A stretch of 64,000 bases of DNA from an uncultured delta proteobacterium. GTDB taxonomy: Bacteria; Desulfobacterota; Binatia; Binatales; Binataceae. Position numbers and translations under genes: made by a program. Below are positions 60,676 through 64,000 of the stretch, piece after piece (position 1 is the stretch's first letter; every line of letters starts with the position of its first letter). Below the pieces are notes generated by a model. The model worked only from the letters and a program-made list of their open reading frames with translations, searched no databases and was not told the DNA's origin. The stretch is from positions 1,472,001 through 1,536,000 of the forward strand of contig CAWCDG010000004.1 in NCBI GenBank assembly GCA_963794325.1. The letters run 5' to 3'.

Positions 60676-62331
60676 TTAGTTCGACAAAGCCGAGCTCGTA
60701 TCCCTGGAGGACGGGGAGAAATTGGGCAGGGCGATGTCGACCGGGAAGTTCAACTTGGTGTTTCTGCCCTGGACAATCAGCGTCGGTGCAATGTTGCCAC
60801 CTTCCTCATCGGAGCTGAAGTCGGTAAACATTTCGAACGAATTTTTTAGGTTGTTCACGACGTAGAGAGCCCCGGTTTCGTCGCTCACTGCGATGCCTTC
60901 GGGACGGCCCAATTTGGTGCTTCCACCCTTAATCGTCCCGAGCTGCGTGCCTTCGTAAAAGAAGGTCGGCGTGGTGACATCGAAATTCGTGAAGGGAGAG
61001 AAAACCTTAATACTGTTATCGCCTACGTCGGTCACGAAGATCACGTCATCATTGAAGTCGAAGTCAGAGCTAACTGCGATCTTTGCGGGGTCTTTGAACG
61101 TGCCTGGAGGTGTTGAGCCGCCCTCTCCCGGAGGACATAGCGGACACGATATCAAGCCGATGGCGGCGAAGGGGAATGCATCTCCATACGCGCCGGGCGG
61201 ATAGACGGTTACGAAGCCGGGGCCACCTGCAGCCACTCCAGCTTCGTTCACTACAAACAGGAAGCCAGATTCGTCAAATGCGGCGGCGACAGGGCCTAGC
61301 AGGAAAGTGAGGCATCCGCCGATAGTGGCGTTGTTGACACTGCCGATTGGGCAGTACGTCGGCGGCTCATCAAAGTCTGGCGGAATAGCGATGGCTGGAA
61401 GGGTACACACCGGATTATTGTTAAAAGGCGCGACATTGTCGTTGTAGCCCGGAGCGAGCGCCGCTCTATCAAACTCGGCAATCGTGCCGACGGTGAATCC
61501 GCCGAAAGCGGCACACGCGGCGCCACCATTGCTACCGTCAACGAGATCCGTGGTCGAAAAGAAGTTAACTGGCAGCGTGTTCGTAATCGCCACGATATCC
61601 CTGCCGGGATTAACGCCGTCGTACGGATCTTCAAATCCAGCGCCCTGGGCGGTGTTAACGCCCGAAGTATTGAATTCGCAGGTACCGGCCGCCGGCCCGG
61701 TGCAACACGGAAGGGGATCTTGGACGCCCACACAACCTGCGAATACGTTGTCCAACGTAACATTGCGCGTGCCGATAATGCTCTCCGGCGCCGAATTTCC
61801 AGTCGCACCCGGAGAGAAAATCTCGGCGAAACCCGTCCCAGGTCCACACACGCCAGTAGCTGGCCCGGTGCAACACGGCACAGGCGCGCCCGCGCCGGTA
61901 CAAGCAAGAGCGGATGGAAATCCGCCAAAACCCGTCAGGTCGATAAGATCGATCGGCACAGTAACCGCAAGGTGGTCGTCGAGCGAGCTCACCGCTACAC
62001 CGGCAGGTCCGGTTCCAGCACTTAGCAGCGTGTTGGTGCCTTTGACCCATAGGTAGGGGCCCGCTTTGGGTCCTGCGCCCGCTTTGAATGTCTCGAGGGT
62101 GCCCCCGAACGCGGAGCCGTTGTTCGTCACCGTGACTGCGTTGAGCGTCACCGGGCCGCTGCGATGATGCGCGTAGCTGGTGCCTGCTGTTCCCGCGAGC
62201 GCAGCAATTACGAACATCGCGACCACAACCGAAAACCGACGAGCGACCCCCATCAGCCTCAGCGCTTTTTTGGGCGCCAACGAAATCCCATCCCTACCCT
62301 GAGTCATCGTCTGCATCCTTCCATGCGTCAT
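60676..62331 (-). CDS. Secreted acidic beta-propeller (NHL-like) protein with Cys-rich inserts
   Basis: Signal peptide, I.G..T.L..P.GIA repeats, LYVVN/IFVTD strands, two C.G...P.PCCTGP..G.C modules; start uncertain. Confidence 0.7.
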   Translation of the reverse strand: MTHGRMQTMTQGRDGISLAPKKALRLMGVARRFSVVVAMFVIAALAGTAGTSYAHHRSGPVTLNAVTVTNNGSAFGGTLETFKAGAGPKAGPYLWVKGTNTLLSAGTGPAGVAVSSLDDHLAVTVPIDLIDLTGFGGFPSALACTGAGAPVPCCTGPATGVCGPGTGFAEIFSPGATGNSAPESIIGTRNVTLDNVFAGCVGVQDPLPCCTGPAAGTCEFNTSGVNTAQGAGFEDPYDGVNPGRDIVAITNTLPVNFFSTTDLVDGSNGGAACAAFGGFTVGTIAEFDRAALAPGYNDNVAPFNNNPVCTLPAIAIPPDFDEPPTYCPIGSVNNATIGGCLTFLLGPVAAAFDESGFLFVVNEAGVAAGGPGFVTVYPPGAYGDAFPFAAIGLISCPLCPPGEGGSTPPGTFKDPAKIAVSSDFDFNDDVIFVTDVGDNSIKVFSPFTNFDVTTPTFFYEGTQLGTIKGGSTKLGRPEGIAVSDETGALYVVNNLKNSFEMFTDFSSDEEGGNIAPTLIVQGRNTKLNFPVDIALPNFSPSSRDTSSALSN

Positions 62332-62994
62332 GTTATCTAACCCCCGCCGAGGCGAATCGGAGCCCCGTCTGCTGACCAATCAGCCTAAAAAACCCCGCGA
62401 CCTTCAGGTTCGTTCTGTCCCCACGCAAAGAGTAACTAAAACCCCACCAAGGACCGGACGTCCTCCCAGACGCGCATTCGGTGGTCGTACCTACACTGAT
62501 CAGATGACAAATTCAAGTGCGACGTAATTCTTTGTTCATCAATCGCAACCGATTGCTCAAACGGGCATCAGTCTCATGAATCACATCCAATCGGGACGGA
62601 ACGTTATTCGTTTTCCTGCAACGATCGCAAGCGCGGCCATTTGCCAAAAGCTGGCCATTATCTCAGCGCCGATTTTTTAAGCATCAACAACTGAGGGCGG
62701 ATGCCCGGGCGAAGAATCGATTTGATCGCTCAGCAGCGCAGTGTGTGCACGCTCTGTCCCAAATTGAAAGACCGAGTCGCGATCTCGCCAACATCACAAT
62801 CTGCTTACGTCATTGTTGCAGGCATGTGACTGGCGCATGCACCCTTCTTGACAAGGTAGGCAGGGGAATGGTAGCTAAGCCGCGTTCGTAGGTTTCCTTG
62901 CGCGCGAATGGGGAATCAGAGTCTGACGCTTGCCTGACGAGGAATCAGGCGAGGAGTTCGACGTAACCACGAGGGCTCCAGCTTGGGGGTGTCT

Positions 62995-64000
62995 ATGCAG
63001 AACGGGAACAAGGGATTCGGAGGAACGCGGTGGCGGAGTTTGTTGGTGGCTGCCGTGGCAACGATCGGAACACTCTGGACCTCAGTCGCAATGGCGACGA
63101 TCACTCAGGGTGATTTTTCAGTTTTCGGATTTTTCGAAAGCCGCGAGGCGGGTCACTGGGGTGAAGGCAGCTCGAGTATCAACTCGACTCAAACCACGCT
63201 GGTTCACCCGACTGTCACCTCGACCTTTTCGATTCCCGGCCAGTCGTTCGGGATCACCGGCGGCAGTTTCGATTTCAATCATTGGGATCTGGCCGAGATG
63301 CGGCAGCTGGCCGACGTACGGCCCGATTACCACACGGTCAAGAACTACAAACTGCTCGGCCGCTTCGACACGCTGTTCGTCAAGGATGCCGACTTTTTCG
63401 CATACTACCGGCCCTGGTACGACGCGGTAGGATCGCTGAAAAGTATCGGACGCTCGCGGCCCAATACTGACGCCATTCCGTACTCACATAGCCAGTCCAC
63501 CGATAGCGGGCTCACGCAGAATGGCTCGCTGCAGAACGAATATTTCAAAAACGATCTTCGCGAATATTATGGGCAGTTGAATTTTACCGACAACTTCTCC
63601 GCCCGTATCGGCAAGCAGCAGGTCATCTGGTCGGAAGCTGACGCGCTGTCCGGGACCGAAGTTACCAATCCGGTCAACGCGACCTGGCACGGAGTTTACG
63701 GCGCAGAGTCGGCCGAAGACACGCGCACGAATCTCCGGATGGTCAAGCTGAACTACATCCTGCCCGACTTCCTGAAGACCGCCAACAACGAGTTGGAAGG
63801 CTTCTGGATTCCGGGCGACTTTCAGGGCGACGGAATTAAGCTGAACGGCGATCCGCGCAATCCGTACGTTGTCCCGGCTGCATTCGGCGGCGGCTGCGTA
63901 ACCTGTGGAAGTGGCCCGGACGGGATCTTCCCGGTTAACATCAACCAGAACGGCCAAATCATCAACGCCAGCGAGGTCCCGAATTTCGACCCCAAGGGGA
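62995..64000 (+). CDS. DUF1302-like outer membrane protein, truncated by the window end
   Basis: Open frame from ATG 62995 (MQNGNKG..., signal peptide) with LREYY..ARIGKQQVIWSEAD..VTNP; absent from the ORF track because there is no stop. Confidence 0.75.
   Translation, partial: MQNGNKGFGGTRWRSLLVAAVATIGTLWTSVAMATITQGDFSVFGFFESREAGHWGEGSSSINSTQTTLVHPTVTSTFSIPGQSFGITGGSFDFNHWDLAEMRQLADVRPDYHTVKNYKLLGRFDTLFVKDADFFAYYRPWYDAVGSLKSIGRSRPNTDAIPYSHSQSTDSGLTQNGSLQNEYFKNDLREYYGQLNFTDNFSARIGKQQVIWSEADALSGTEVTNPVNATWHGVYGAESAEDTRTNLRMVKLNYILPDFLKTANNELEGFWIPGDFQGDGIKLNGDPRNPYVVPAAFGGGCVTCGSGPDGIFPVNINQNGQIINASEVPNFDPKG

Noticed and set aside
62340-62990. ncRNA or small ORF in the 650 bp divergent intergenic region
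   Set aside because: No convincing stems, terminator or RBS-led ORF; only a TTGACA box near 62848.

Overview
A GC-rich, gene-dense 64 kb bacterial chromosomal segment. The gene content (DUF1329/DUF1302 families, LLM oxidoreductase, amidohydrolase, many CoA-lipid enzymes) suggests Candidatus Binatus/Binatota; this is inference only. It carries tandem DUF1329 paralogues, macAB, a desaturase and a CFA-type methyltransferase, a KirBac channel, a diheme cytochrome c / hydrolase-regulator / cupredoxin trio, tolC-ytcA-mdtN, an HMGS-like/DUF35 fusion plus thiolase, higBA, an ABC-2 exporter, an extended kdp operon followed by a sigma54-type two-component system, a perR-katG-rubrerythrin-FeS oxidoreductase-DUF3501 cluster, and a truncated DUF1302 gene. 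I found no tRNA, rRNA, CRISPR array or transposase. The most striking unexplained signal is non-coding: eight copies of a palindromic core (GGCAGGGGTGACCCCTGCACCC) joined to interchangeable left and right arms in different combinations, with nested insertions, among several other REP-like hairpin families. Other highlights are a decayed zinc-finger/amidase gene beside a duplicated-domain secreted protein, a candidate attenuator or sRNA before the ABC exporter, unannotated small ORFs, three candidate sigma54 promoters, and four single-base frameshifts that may be sequencing errors. All protein family calls come from motif recognition by eye, not database searches.
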